Origin: Thermoplasmatales archaeon | Lineage (GTDB): Archaea > Thermoplasmatota > Thermoplasmata > Thermoplasmatales > GCA-001856825 | Assembly (NCBI GenBank): GCA_026127935.1 | Contig: JAJSLL010000002.1 | Span: forward strand, 30,645-94,644 | DNA: 64,000 bases | Reading direction: 5' to 3' | Part shown: positions 27,652 to 37,021 of the stretch, piece by piece | Numbering within the stretch: position 1 is the stretch's first letter | Layout of the letters: every line of letters begins with the position of its first letter | Made by a program: the position numbers and the translations under genes | The notes under the pieces: generated by a model | The model's database searches: none | Told to the model about the DNA's origin: nothing | Seen by the model: the letters and a program-made list of their open reading frames with translations, nothing else

Positions 27652-29407
27652 CTCTTCTTAACATAATTATAGCTAACGTGAGAACAACAAACAGCACAAA
27701 CGAAAATGCAATTTCCATGACAGGTGAGTAATATGGAGACATACCCGCTGGGCTCACGAAGGAAAAAGTGACCAGAACGGAGACATTTCTGCCAGACACT
27801 GAGACCTTACCGATAGCTTGCGAAATGCGATAGCCTGTTATATTTGCTACGCTAAACGTATAGGTACCATTTCCTTCCTTCAAAATTATAGAATCATTGG
27901 AAGATGACTCGGAGACTCCGTTGACGCTTATTTCCCACGATGCTCCGGGTGGGAGACCTGTCTCCCTGAATGTTATAGTATAGGACTTGAACGTGATTAA
28001 GACCGTCAGGTTGTTTCCATTAACGTTGACGGTTCCGTTCTGGGGGGAGGGTGTGAAACCATTTACCGAAGGAACGGAGTAGGGGTAGTTTCCATCATAC
28101 ACAGAGAATGTGATGTTGCTATAGGGAGAAGATTGAACATTCCCATTCAAGTTCACTGACCAAAGAGTGCCTGATGGCAACCCCACTTCTACAAAGGATA
28201 CGCTGTACTTTTCAGCTGTGAAAGAAATACTATCTGTAACGTTTTCACTATTCACGTTTATCACGCCTGTTGATGGCGTAGAGATATACCCCGTTAGCTT
28301 GCCGACCTCAAAATCATATTTACCATTAACCTCACTGAAAGTCAGTGTGGTATTGCTGGAATCCTCTGTTAGGCCACCAAGCGTAATGTACCAGACTGTG
28401 CCGGTGGGGAGTCCCGATTCAATAAACGTAACACTGTAATGTACCAGCGTAAATGTTACACTCTCTTCTATATTACCTCCGTTAACTGTAAATGAACCGG
28501 AAGAAGGAAAGGCGCTATAAACAGTATTAGAACTCACCGAATAGTAGTAAGTGCCGTTATATGCCTGAAATGATATCGTCGAAGTGGTGGAACTATAGGA
28601 GAGACCATTACTCAAATTCACGTACCACGTGCTCCCGCTCGGGAGGCCGGACTCCGAGAACGTCACGTTGTATTCCCGAGCAGATACTTGTGAGAAAACG
28701 TAGACTACTGCACCCACGGATGAAGCGTACGAATCCCCGGGGCCAGTTGCATAATTTACTGTGAAACTGTACTGTCCGCTGTTAACGAACGCAGAAGCTA
28801 TAACAATCCCAGCGTATGAGCCGGCATTCCCGTAAGTGCCGCGTGTAAAAGCATCGTACGTGAAGGGAGCATTAGAAGTTACTGATCCGTTGTAGCTGTT
28901 AGATGCCGCTGACACGATAACTACCAAGGAACCATTGTACTGGACACTGAAAGTTCCGGTCGTTGAATTTGCACCTGTACTGTCATTGAAAAAAGTATAG
29001 TTCTCGTAAATTAAGCTGGTGACCCTTGCGCCACCAATGGCATAATAGGCCCCAGCAGTCGAAAAATTTCCTGTATTGTTCGACGAATGACCTATAGCGA
29101 TCACCGGGCCTGTTATGTATGGATTTGAATCCGACACGAAGAGATCGGTAATGTATGACTCACTGGAGATCGGTTGCCCCCCTCCCGTCACAGCGGCATA
29201 CAGGTATACGGCACCGCCTGGGCTTAGCGTCAACGAATTTGACTGAGACTCAGCATACGCCGTGACGGATGTCGACAGGCTACTCGAATCAAGGTAGCCA
29301 GGCTTTGAAGAATTTTGGATCTGTGCATGCACTACAACCGTGGCCGCAGATGAAATTGCTAGCGCAAGAATAAGAGTAGTGACGACTAACGCACGGAACT
29401 CTTTCAT
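27632..29407 (-). CDS. Secreted, C-terminally TM-anchored surface protein with four tandem ~76-aa 'Y-x-V-T-F-x-E-x-G-L-P' repeats
   Basis: Signal peptide 'ALAISSAATVVVHA'. Repeats (nt 27758-28672) begin 'YNVTFSESGLPSGSTWYVNL', 'YSVTFIESGLPTGTVWYITL', 'YSVSFVEVGLPSGTLWSVNL' and 'YTITFRETGLPPGASWEISV', a repeat type seen in the C-terminal regions of archaeal thermopsin-family and surface proteins. Dense N-glycosylation sequons and a C-terminal TM segment. Confidence 0.65.
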   Translation of the reverse strand: MKEFRALVVTTLILALAISSAATVVVHAQIQNSSKPGYLDSSSLSTSVTAYAESQSNSLTLSPGGAVYLYAAVTGGGQPISSESYITDLFVSDSNPYITGPVIAIGHSSNNTGNFSTAGAYYAIGGARVTSLIYENYTFFNDSTGANSTTGTFSVQYNGSLVVIVSAASNSYNGSVTSNAPFTYDAFTRGTYGNAGSYAGIVIASAFVNSGQYSFTVNYATGPGDSYASSVGAVVYVFSQVSAREYNVTFSESGLPSGSTWYVNLSNGLSYSSTTSTISFQAYNGTYYYSVSSNTVYSAFPSSGSFTVNGGNIEESVTFTLVHYSVTFIESGLPTGTVWYITLGGLTEDSSNTTLTFSEVNGKYDFEVGKLTGYISTPSTGVINVNSENVTDSISFTAEKYSVSFVEVGLPSGTLWSVNLNGNVQSSPYSNITFSVYDGNYPYSVPSVNGFTPSPQNGTVNVNGNNLTVLITFKSYTITFRETGLPPGASWEISVNGVSESSSNDSIILKEGNGTYTFSVANITGYRISQAIGKVSVSGRNVSVLVTFSFVSPAGMSPYYSPVMEIAFSFVLFVVLTLAIIMLRRGEGNEP

Positions 29408-29599
29408 TTAAATAGTAATGGTAAAACCCATATTAGATTGTTCTGGATTCTTCAGTATCCTTAAAAATTTTAATAAAACAAAATTTCCCTGAATGGTACA
29501 ACACTTCTCCATAAATACCAAATACTCAAAAATAGAATAATCTATGATGAAAAGGATTTCTGATTTTGCAAATATAAAAAATAAGGCCAGGACACAAAA

Positions 29600-30589
29600 T
29601 CAGGGAGGGACAAACGTCGCGATGAACACGATGTTGCCCTCGAAAGATATTTCGAATGCCCACTGGCTTCCTATGATATTCTGATTGGGCGCTCCAGAAA
29701 AGGATAGAGAATAGTTGAAGGAATCCCTGCCGCCGAAAGAAGTGTCATTAACAGTGCTGAAGTTTAGATGCTGACCAAGCACCTCGGCGGAAGAAGGGAA
29801 GTTCGATACCACCAGCGCTGGACTGGAGAATGTTGTTACATTGTAAGAGGACATAACGCTATAATCTGTTAGGTTCACGACAGAGAACACAAAGGGCAGG
29901 TTTATGTGACCAGTATTAACAGTCTTGTTGGCTGTGGTGAAATGAAGGACAGAAGTGTTATTTGAAAAGGTCGTCCACCAGTTTCCGGATATTGACATCC
30001 CGTCGATGTAGTTTGTGTCCCCTATAACCCCAGTCAATTCACCGCTATGACCCGCTGAACTTATACCCATCCCAACCCCTACCCATCCCATCAGCCCGAA
30101 TGGTGCAGGATTCAAGATGATAGTATTTCCTGAAAAACTTACGTTAGCGTAGACCACATCAAGCTGAGTTCCAGTAGAGATAGACCCACTGGGAGAAGGA
30201 AGTGGAAAAAGCGCAACAAACATATCACCCGTACTGGCAGAAGATGAAGCCCAGAAGTAGTTTAATGAGACGGATTCTGATATTCCGCTCCCCTCGGGAT
30301 AGTGCATTACGTAGCTCCCTTTATAGGCGTTCATTGGAGTTTCGTTTAGGTACAGGGCCAGATTATCTATGCTCGCTGACGTAGGGCTGGTCATTATCAG
30401 AGAAAGATATGCCATTGCAATTGTGTTGTTTGTACTGCCTATACGATATGTGGGCACTACTGCGCCAGTTAAAATGCCGTTAATTATTGCGCTTTTGCCC
30501 TCGCCCATATAATGCATTGCAATCCCAGTTAAGGCAATAGCGCCAACCACTACAACGATTATGATTATAATAACAAAAACCCCCCTCAT
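29600..30589 (-). CDS. Signal-anchored extracellular protein, unknown family
   Basis: 329 aa with an N-terminal TM 'VFVIIIIIVVVVGAIALTGIA', Ser/Thr/Asn-rich composition and sequons. Confidence 0.5.
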   Translation of the reverse strand: MRGVFVIIIIIVVVVGAIALTGIAMHYMGEGKSAIINGILTGAVVPTYRIGSTNNTIAMAYLSLIMTSPTSASIDNLALYLNETPMNAYKGSYVMHYPEGSGISESVSLNYFWASSSASTGDMFVALFPLPSPSGSISTGTQLDVVYANVSFSGNTIILNPAPFGLMGWVGVGMGISSAGHSGELTGVIGDTNYIDGMSISGNWWTTFSNNTSVLHFTTANKTVNTGHINLPFVFSVVNLTDYSVMSSYNVTTFSSPALVVSNFPSSAEVLGQHLNFSTVNDTSFGGRDSFNYSLSFSGAPNQNIIGSQWAFEISFEGNIVFIATFVPP

Positions 30590-31039
30590 CGTTTAAAGCC
30601 ATTGGAGTTGCATTATTAATATATTGCGGTTTGTCTACTCCCTCTGGGCCCCATAATGAGTGTTCAGTATCATCCACCTTTTTCCAGCAATACTATGCAT
30701 TGCTTAATGCCACTGGAAGGAGAAGTTAGAAGAAAAGAACATTTACCAGATGTCTTTTGCCGCACGCTTTTACTTGTTGTGTCATTGGTCAATGATTTGT
30801 GTTGCTCTAAATGGCCTGATGGTATGAACGTTCTCTGTTCGTTACGGGAAATCGCCGGGGAAAGCCCTGAATTGAGAAACTGAATATTGTACTTAACAAA
30901 CACCTGCGGGAAAGAGACTGACAGGAGTCTTGAGATTATGGAGTCTGCGTGTTTCGTAAAGATCCGGTTCTCTCATATGTCTTTAGTTATATACAAGCTT
31001 AAGGGAGGAGGAAAAGATCTACTGATGAAGCCGTCTGAA

Positions 31040-31244
31040 ATAAACCTCAATTTTTTAGAGGAAAGTAATATACGGCCACAATGCGCTAAGACAGAATCTT
31101 CGTTTGAAAAATGGTAAATGTGAAGAATTGAATAAGACGGCTTCGCTTAAACATTTAAGCGAATATTTTTGGGTTCATCACATCGTGCTTCGTCACCTTG
31201 TATAATACGGCTCCGTAAAATTACAATAGCCCCGGGCAGATTCG
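31040..31244. repeat. Direct repeat copy 2 (homologous to 24095-24294), running into the 3' end of the intact tRNA-Gln
   Basis: Contains the decayed IS66-like coding remnant '..NLRLKNGKCEELNKTASL..'. The offset to copy 1 is 6950-6951 bp. Confidence 0.85.
31142..31163. repeat. 22-nt palindromic motif (perfect 9-4-9)
   Basis: 'TTCGCTTAA-ACAT-TTAAGCGAA' preceded by GGC. Confidence 0.8.
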
Positions 31245-31299
31245 AACTGCCGTCGTCGGATTCAAAGTCCGAAATGCTTGTCCACTACACCACGGGGCT
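31227..31299 (-). tRNA. tRNA-Gln (UUG), no encoded CCA
   Basis: The reverse complement folds as a cloverleaf: acceptor AGCCCCG/CGGGGCT, anticodon stem TCGGA/TCCGA with loop CTTTGAA, T-arm GGCAG-TTCGAAT-CTGCC, discriminator A. Confidence 0.9.
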
Positions 31300-31330
31300 T
31301 CGACTACTCTATTTCTCTGCGATTAAAAAT

Positions 31331-32566
31331 CTATCCTGATTTATAACTGAGAAACTCCTTTCCAAGAAGCTCTCTGGCTATTATCAGTTTCATTATGTTT
31401 ATACCGCCTTCCGCTCCTACATAGTACGACATTACACCGCCCTGTGCTGCACCGAGCGGAAGATCCTTTGTATATGCCATCGCTCCATGCCATACCATCA
31501 CTTTTGTAATAATCTCGTGTGCGGTCGGAGGCCCGGTCATCTTTGCAAGCGATACGGCAAGATTCTGCTCAGAAAGCGGCACCTTCTCTTTGTTCTTGTA
31601 TACTCTATCCAATATCCATGAAGCTTTCTGCGTTAGCAGTCTTGAAGATTCCAGTTTACCGTAGAGTTCTGATAGTTCAAACTGCAACCCCTCCTGCTTC
31701 CCCAGGGGCTGGTCAAAAAGCATCTTCGACTTCAGATGCTCCCTCCCCATGTCCAGAGCTTCTAGCGCGGCACCATTGCATGCTGCTGCAACGTATATCC
31801 TTGCGATATTGAACCCTTCCATTATTATGCGGAATCCCTGTCCGATCTCCCCCACCCTGTACTTATCATCCAAATCCAAATTGTTAAAAGAAAAACCACC
31901 GGTTGACAGGCCTTCCCTCGCAATATTATTGAAAACGGTAGTTGATATTTCGCTGTTCAGTTTTCCGTCAGTGCCCTTGATCATGAATGCAAATGTAGTG
32001 AATGCCTTTGACCCAGCATTCTTATCTCCTGTTCTTAAAAGCGTAAGGAAGCCGCCTCCGCCTGAGAGATTAAGTGCTTCCCTAACTCCACTGATATATA
32101 CCTTTTCTCCAGATACTGACCAACCATTCCCCCTTCTCACGGCATTTGATTTCTCGTTCATCACGTCAGAGCCGCCCGATGGTTCAGTCGATCCTATTCC
32201 CATGAACGTCCTTCCTTTAACTATGGAAGGAAGCATTTCTTCCTTGATCTCCTCTGATCCATATTTTTCAAGCATTGCAGGCCATCCGTTCAAAAGAAGC
32301 ACGTAGACTGGGAGAGCCATGGATACATCCCCCCTAGCTAATTCCTCAACAATTGCAGCCATTTGAGAAATTGAGCCGCCTGCTCCCCCGTATTTCTCAG
32401 ATACGGTGAATCCGATAAAACCTGCATCGGCCGCCTTTTGAATTATATCTTCTGGAATATTGTTGGTGTAGGAAATCTTGTCTCTCTTAGGAATCACATA
32501 TTTCTGGACGAACTCCTTCGCATTTTCCCTTATAAGTCGATCTTCTTCTGAGGTGCCAAAGTCCAT
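31331..32566 (-). CDS. Acyl-CoA dehydrogenase family protein
   Basis: 411 aa with 'GSTEPSGGSD', 'YISG' and 'MVWHGAMAYTKDLPLG'. Confidence 0.85.
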   Translation of the reverse strand: MDFGTSEEDRLIRENAKEFVQKYVIPKRDKISYTNNIPEDIIQKAADAGFIGFTVSEKYGGAGGSISQMAAIVEELARGDVSMALPVYVLLLNGWPAMLEKYGSEEIKEEMLPSIVKGRTFMGIGSTEPSGGSDVMNEKSNAVRRGNGWSVSGEKVYISGVREALNLSGGGGFLTLLRTGDKNAGSKAFTTFAFMIKGTDGKLNSEISTTVFNNIAREGLSTGGFSFNNLDLDDKYRVGEIGQGFRIIMEGFNIARIYVAAACNGAALEALDMGREHLKSKMLFDQPLGKQEGLQFELSELYGKLESSRLLTQKASWILDRVYKNKEKVPLSEQNLAVSLAKMTGPPTAHEIITKVMVWHGAMAYTKDLPLGAAQGGVMSYYVGAEGGINIMKLIIARELLGKEFLSYKSG

Positions 32567-32787
32567 TGTTATCTATTAGTGATTGATTCTAGATATTTTA
32601 ATTCTAAACTTCAAAACGAAACTGTTTAGAAATTAGTTATACTTTTATCATTAATTCAGAAAAAATATCGAATCCTACAGGGGAGGTTTTAGATCGTGCG
32701 GGAAGATATCTTAGATAGGAATCTTTTCCCCCACCCAGTAGGATCATTTAGCTTTTGCTGGTTCTGATTTTCTCTGTGTCAGTTTGC

Positions 32788-33483
32788 TCAGTGAACAAAT
32801 ACCGTTCCTGCCATCCACCCATTTGTGTTCATCGCGCCTTCCCACCCACTCGAACCTGTACCGCAAGCAACTTCGCATTGCCAGGAGTATGTCCCTGAAG
32901 CAAGAGTGAATGATGCCTGAATCACGCTTGACTCGACTATGGGTAGGTTCAATACTTCTTTGCTTCCATTGAATACAGTGAATGTGTGAGCTATTATGTT
33001 AGGATTAACAGATGTGACCTGCTGGCTGCCGTTAACTGCAATCTGACTTCCACTGTTCGTGGAATTGATGTTGGTGTTGTTGTAAATAGTCTCTTTTCCA
33101 TTCAGCGTTCCAGTTACATTGGCGTATATCGAAGCAACAGATCCATTTCCGTCATCATAGTTGATTATTGTAAGGTCGATCTGTCTATTTGCTGGGAGAG
33201 ATATGTTAGAAGTAGATTCGAGAGTTCCATTGTTCAGCAAAAAGAACGCAGGTTGTGCCCCGACCGTACTATTGTATATGTTATTTGTAGTGATCACCAT
33301 TACCAGCGAGTATGGAGCAGCGCTTGCCGGTCCCGTATTCACGTTCCCTTGGGAGTGTTCTATAGGGGCATTTGTCATAAAATAACCTGCAAAGAGACCC
33401 GTACCTATTCCCACTGCGATTATCGCAACTACGGCTGCAACCGCAAGGGCATTAGAGATGTTTGATTTCAATTTAATCCCCAT
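32788..33483 (-). CDS. Membrane-anchored cupredoxin-like protein with a CuA-like C-x3-C-G motif
   Basis: TM anchor 'ALAVAAVVAIIAVGIGTGLFAGYF'. 'AHTF' followed 36 residues later by 'CEVACG....M'. The ATG at 33483 is preferred over the tracked start at 33537. Confidence 0.5.
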   Translation of the reverse strand: MGIKLKSNISNALAVAAVVAIIAVGIGTGLFAGYFMTNAPIEHSQGNVNTGPASAAPYSLVMVITTNNIYNSTVGAQPAFFLLNNGTLESTSNISLPANRQIDLTIINYDDGNGSVASIYANVTGTLNGKETIYNNTNINSTNSGSQIAVNGSQQVTSVNPNIIAHTFTVFNGSKEVLNLPIVESSVIQASFTLASGTYSWQCEVACGTGSSGWEGAMNTNGWMAGTVFVH

Positions 33484-33705
33484 TAAAGAATTACATCGTT
33501 GGGTATCTTTTATCGTGCACGTACACGTGCATCCCAACTTATACTAACTCTAGTTCTTGAATGCATGGAAACGGCAATTTTCCTCCATATTATGCCCTAA
33601 ATGCCTTAATTCTTGGAATGAAACCTCAATTTTTTTGGCACCGCGAAATCAAAACTGTACAGTAATGCGCAAGAAGTTAAATTCAGAAGAAACATTTGCC
33701 CCAAT

Positions 33706-33790
33706 GCGGGGGTTGCCGAGCCAGGTTAAAGGTACCAGACTTAAGATCTGGTTCCGTAGGGATTCGGGGGTTCAAATCCCCTCCCCCGCA
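33706..33790 (+). tRNA. tRNA-Leu (UAA), long variable arm, no encoded CCA
   Basis: Acceptor GCGGGGG/CCCCCGC, anticodon stem CCAGA/TCTGG with loop CTTAAGA, variable arm 'TTCCGTAGGGATTC', T-arm GGGGG-TTCAAAT-CCCCT. Confidence 0.9.
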
Positions 33791-34024
33791 TAGCAAATAA
33801 GGTCTAATACGTCACCATCGTTCCACTCTCTTTATTCAAAGGGTATATAAAGAAACATTAAAAATGATTAATTATATATTATTAACACTCTCATGACTTT
33901 ACATGGATGCCTCTTAAGGATGTCAAGATATAATATTCGAGTTTTAATCTGGAATAACTGTGATTATACATAGCGTCATAACTTATTTTGTATACTTCAA
34001 ATACAACTATACATTATTTTAATT

Positions 34025-34557
34025 ATGAGGAAGCTCACAATTTCAGATGATAAGAAGAAAGAAATAATAGAAGAGATAAGACGCAGCGACGAATCAAAGT
34101 ACGATCACAGGTTGCATGGAATACTCCTCGTTGCCAACGGTATGAGCCCTTACAGCGTATCCAAGGTCATAGGGAACAGCCCCAGGAGCATAGAGAATTG
34201 GACCAACCTGTTCCTGACGCATGGCTTCAACAGACTGAGGGAGTCAAGTAGGTCAGGCAGACCCCCAAGGCTATCGAGCGTTTGAAAAACATATCGGATG
34301 ACGTGAGGAAGAATCCCATTGACCTGGATTATTCTCAGAACCTATGGGACGGGAAGCTGCTCAGCCACCATCTCGCCATGAAGTACGACATAGCTCTGGG
34401 AACGAGGCAGTGCCAGAGGGTATTCAGGAAGCTCAAATTCAGGCTGAGGAAACGGAGACCGAAGATAGCGAAGGGAGACGATGACAGAGGAATAAACCTC
34501 CATGTTGAAGGGGGTGGGCCCGGCACTGTATCGAAGGTTCATCATAAGATAGCTTAA
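34025..34557 (+). mobile_element. IS630-family transposase remnant (HTH N-terminus only, -1 frameshift at ~34282, DDE domain absent)
   Basis: '..ANGMSPYSVSKVIGNSPRSIENWTNLFLTHGFNRLRESSRSGRPPRLS' followed by '..DLDYSQNLWDGKLLSHHLAMKYDIALGTRQCQRVFRKLKFRLRKRRP'. Confidence 0.7.
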
Positions 34558-34571
34558 AGTGGCTCTGAGAT

Positions 34572-36242
34572 TCATACTCTTATGGACAGTCTCTTCCTCA
34601 ATTCATCCTTAAGTGCCTTTCCTACGGGATTTCTTGGAATCGATGTTATCACTTCCACCCTTTCTGGCCACTTGTAGATTGCAACTTCGTTCGCCTTCAT
34701 GATACCCTTAACTTCCTCAAGTCCCACCTTTTCTCCTGCTCTAGGAACCACAAAGAGACACACCTTCTCTCCAAGTACCTCATCGGGCAAGGGAATCGCG
34801 GCTGCGTCAGCAATTCTTGGATCTCTCTTGGCAATGTCCTCAATTTCCGCAGAGCTTATATTGAAGCCTCCGCGTATTATGATGTCTTTCAGACGGTCAA
34901 AGAATGCTATCCTGTCTTTCGAGACGATCGTGAACAAATCCCCTGTGTGGAAAAACCCGTCTTTGTCGAAGACATTTCTCGTCAGATCGGGTTGATTGTA
35001 GTACTCTGGGATGGTGAATGGACTGCGGAAGCAAAGTTCACCAACGCTTCCTATTTCGGTAATTTCTCTTCCCGTATTTGGATCAATTATCTTTGTTTCA
35101 GTGGCCTTGAAAAAGGGTATATCTTCCATCTTACCCGGGCCTGGCCAAGGAAAGCTTCTCGCTCTATCTGAAAGATCTTGTACCGTGTCTTTAGTGGAGA
35201 AGAGCCCAGTTCCCTCATTCTGCCCCCACACGTTGATAGACTCTATTCCCCATCTCTTCTTGAATTCCAGGAAGGTCCAGGGTGGTGGAGGGGCAGATCC
35301 TTGAACGAAGAACTCGGTCGCACTCAGGTCAAATTTATCCACGTCTGGATGCTTGAGCATTGCCACTGCCACCGCTGGCGGTGCCAGGGTGAAGTTGACT
35401 TTCTCTCCTACCAGTTGCTTGAGGTATAAGACTGGATCAAAAGGATGGTGAAGGATAAAGGTACCCGCTACCATTAGCCAGGGTACGATTCCTACTCCTA
35501 TCCCGGTCATGTTCACGAGTGGTGCAGGATTCATAACAACGGCTCCATCACTCAAAATTCCACCCTTGAATTCTTTCCTAAAGAAAAATCTAAGAAATCC
35601 CCAGTTGTTGTGGCTCATAGGGCAAGCCTTTGGCTCCTTCTCTGTTCCTGAGGTCCACTCTATCACGGCAACATCATCTCCCTGAACTCTACTTGTGACT
35701 CTATCTAATTCAGGTGAGATGGCTTCATTTGCCATTGCCTCTCTTATTTCCGATGGTGAAAGCAATGTAGGAGCTGGTAAACTCCTGATACCTAGATTCT
35801 TCACCATTTCGAGATGGTCAAAGTTTTTGAAATTCATGGAAACGTACATCGATGCTCTAGTGGTCTCAAATACGCTCGCAAGTTCGTGAGCTCTCCACTG
35901 CATCGGAACTGGCGATATTATCCCCCCTAAACGCCAAACTGCCAAATATATTGTCAGTAGTTCGTTTATGTTAGGGAGCTGAATCACCATTACATTATCT
36001 CTTTTAAACCCCTTACGAATCAAAAAAGAAGATAATCTGTCCACCCTTTCCTTAAGTTCTCTATAAGTTATCCTTTCATCTTTTAACCCAACAAGAGCTT
36101 CCTTGTTCGGTGGATCTACAATTGCAGTTCTGTCGGGATTCCTAGAAACGTTGTCTAGAAATATTCCTATGAGTGTCTTGTTATCCCACCATCCTTCCCT
36201 GACGTATTTTTCAATTCTTTCCTTTGAAACAAGAATGACCAT
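34572..36242 (-). CDS. AMP-dependent acyl-CoA synthetase/ligase
   Basis: 556 aa with 'WTSGTEKEPKACPMSH' (AMP-binding motif I), 'GQNEGTG' and 'FHTGDL'. Confidence 0.9.
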   Translation of the reverse strand: MVILVSKERIEKYVREGWWDNKTLIGIFLDNVSRNPDRTAIVDPPNKEALVGLKDERITYRELKERVDRLSSFLIRKGFKRDNVMVIQLPNINELLTIYLAVWRLGGIISPVPMQWRAHELASVFETTRASMYVSMNFKNFDHLEMVKNLGIRSLPAPTLLSPSEIREAMANEAISPELDRVTSRVQGDDVAVIEWTSGTEKEPKACPMSHNNWGFLRFFFRKEFKGGILSDGAVVMNPAPLVNMTGIGVGIVPWLMVAGTFILHHPFDPVLYLKQLVGEKVNFTLAPPAVAVAMLKHPDVDKFDLSATEFFVQGSAPPPPWTFLEFKKRWGIESINVWGQNEGTGLFSTKDTVQDLSDRARSFPWPGPGKMEDIPFFKATETKIIDPNTGREITEIGSVGELCFRSPFTIPEYYNQPDLTRNVFDKDGFFHTGDLFTIVSKDRIAFFDRLKDIIIRGGFNISSAEIEDIAKRDPRIADAAAIPLPDEVLGEKVCLFVVPRAGEKVGLEEVKGIMKANEVAIYKWPERVEVITSIPRNPVGKALKDELRKRLSIRV

Positions 36243-36311
36243 AAAATGAATATTAAACTCTTCACATTAATATCTTTTTAGTGGATTTTCTCAAGAACCA
36301 GAAAAGAGCGG

Positions 36312-36821
36312 TCAGGTTTTCCTATTTTCAAAGTATCTTGGCTTGGACCCTAAGAGTTTCTCGTTTCTATAAAGCCCTGAAGTTCCTCCGGTGGATATCA
36401 TCAATCTGTTCCAGCAGTTTATGATGTTGACGGCCATAATCAATGCAACGTAATGATTATCGTTGAATTCCTTTCTCACCCTTCTGTACAGGTCCTCAGT
36501 CACTTCTCTCTTTGAGACTTCAGTAAGTGCCTCGGTGAATTCAAGAGCTAACCTTTCTCTAGCCGAAAAGAAAGGTGACTCTCTCCATACAGAAACGCAA
36601 TTTACTTTCTGTATTGAATCTCCATCTGCTATCGCATCTTGCGTGTGCATATCTATACAGAATGCACATCCGTTGATCTGCGAAGCCCTCAAGTAGATTA
36701 AATTTCGAAGGGAGACCTCCAGACCAGACTTCTTTACAAAATCAGTCATTTGGTAAATTCCCTTATCCGACTCTGGTGCGACTTCATCATAATTCATCCA
36801 CATGATATCAACAAACTCCAT
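36312..36821 (-). CDS. Carboxymuconolactone decarboxylase / AhpD-like family protein
   Basis: 169 aa with 'SQINGCAFCIDMH' (the CxxC of AhpD-like proteins). Confidence 0.8.
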   Translation of the reverse strand: MEFVDIMWMNYDEVAPESDKGIYQMTDFVKKSGLEVSLRNLIYLRASQINGCAFCIDMHTQDAIADGDSIQKVNCVSVWRESPFFSARERLALEFTEALTEVSKREVTEDLYRRVRKEFNDNHYVALIMAVNIINCWNRLMISTGGTSGLYRNEKLLGSKPRYFENRKT

Positions 36822-37021
36822 TCAATTCAAATTCTTGCATCAAATATGTCGAACTTATTCAACCTTTAAAGATATGTTAGTTGATATAACTAATGAAATT
36901 AGATCTAGTCAAACCGGTAAATTTTCCATGCAATTTACACTAAAGTTTAAGCATTACTGCTTCAACGGTTGGCAGAATCCAATCCAGCAAGTTTATCTTT
37001 TAGATTCAATTATAAATTGCA

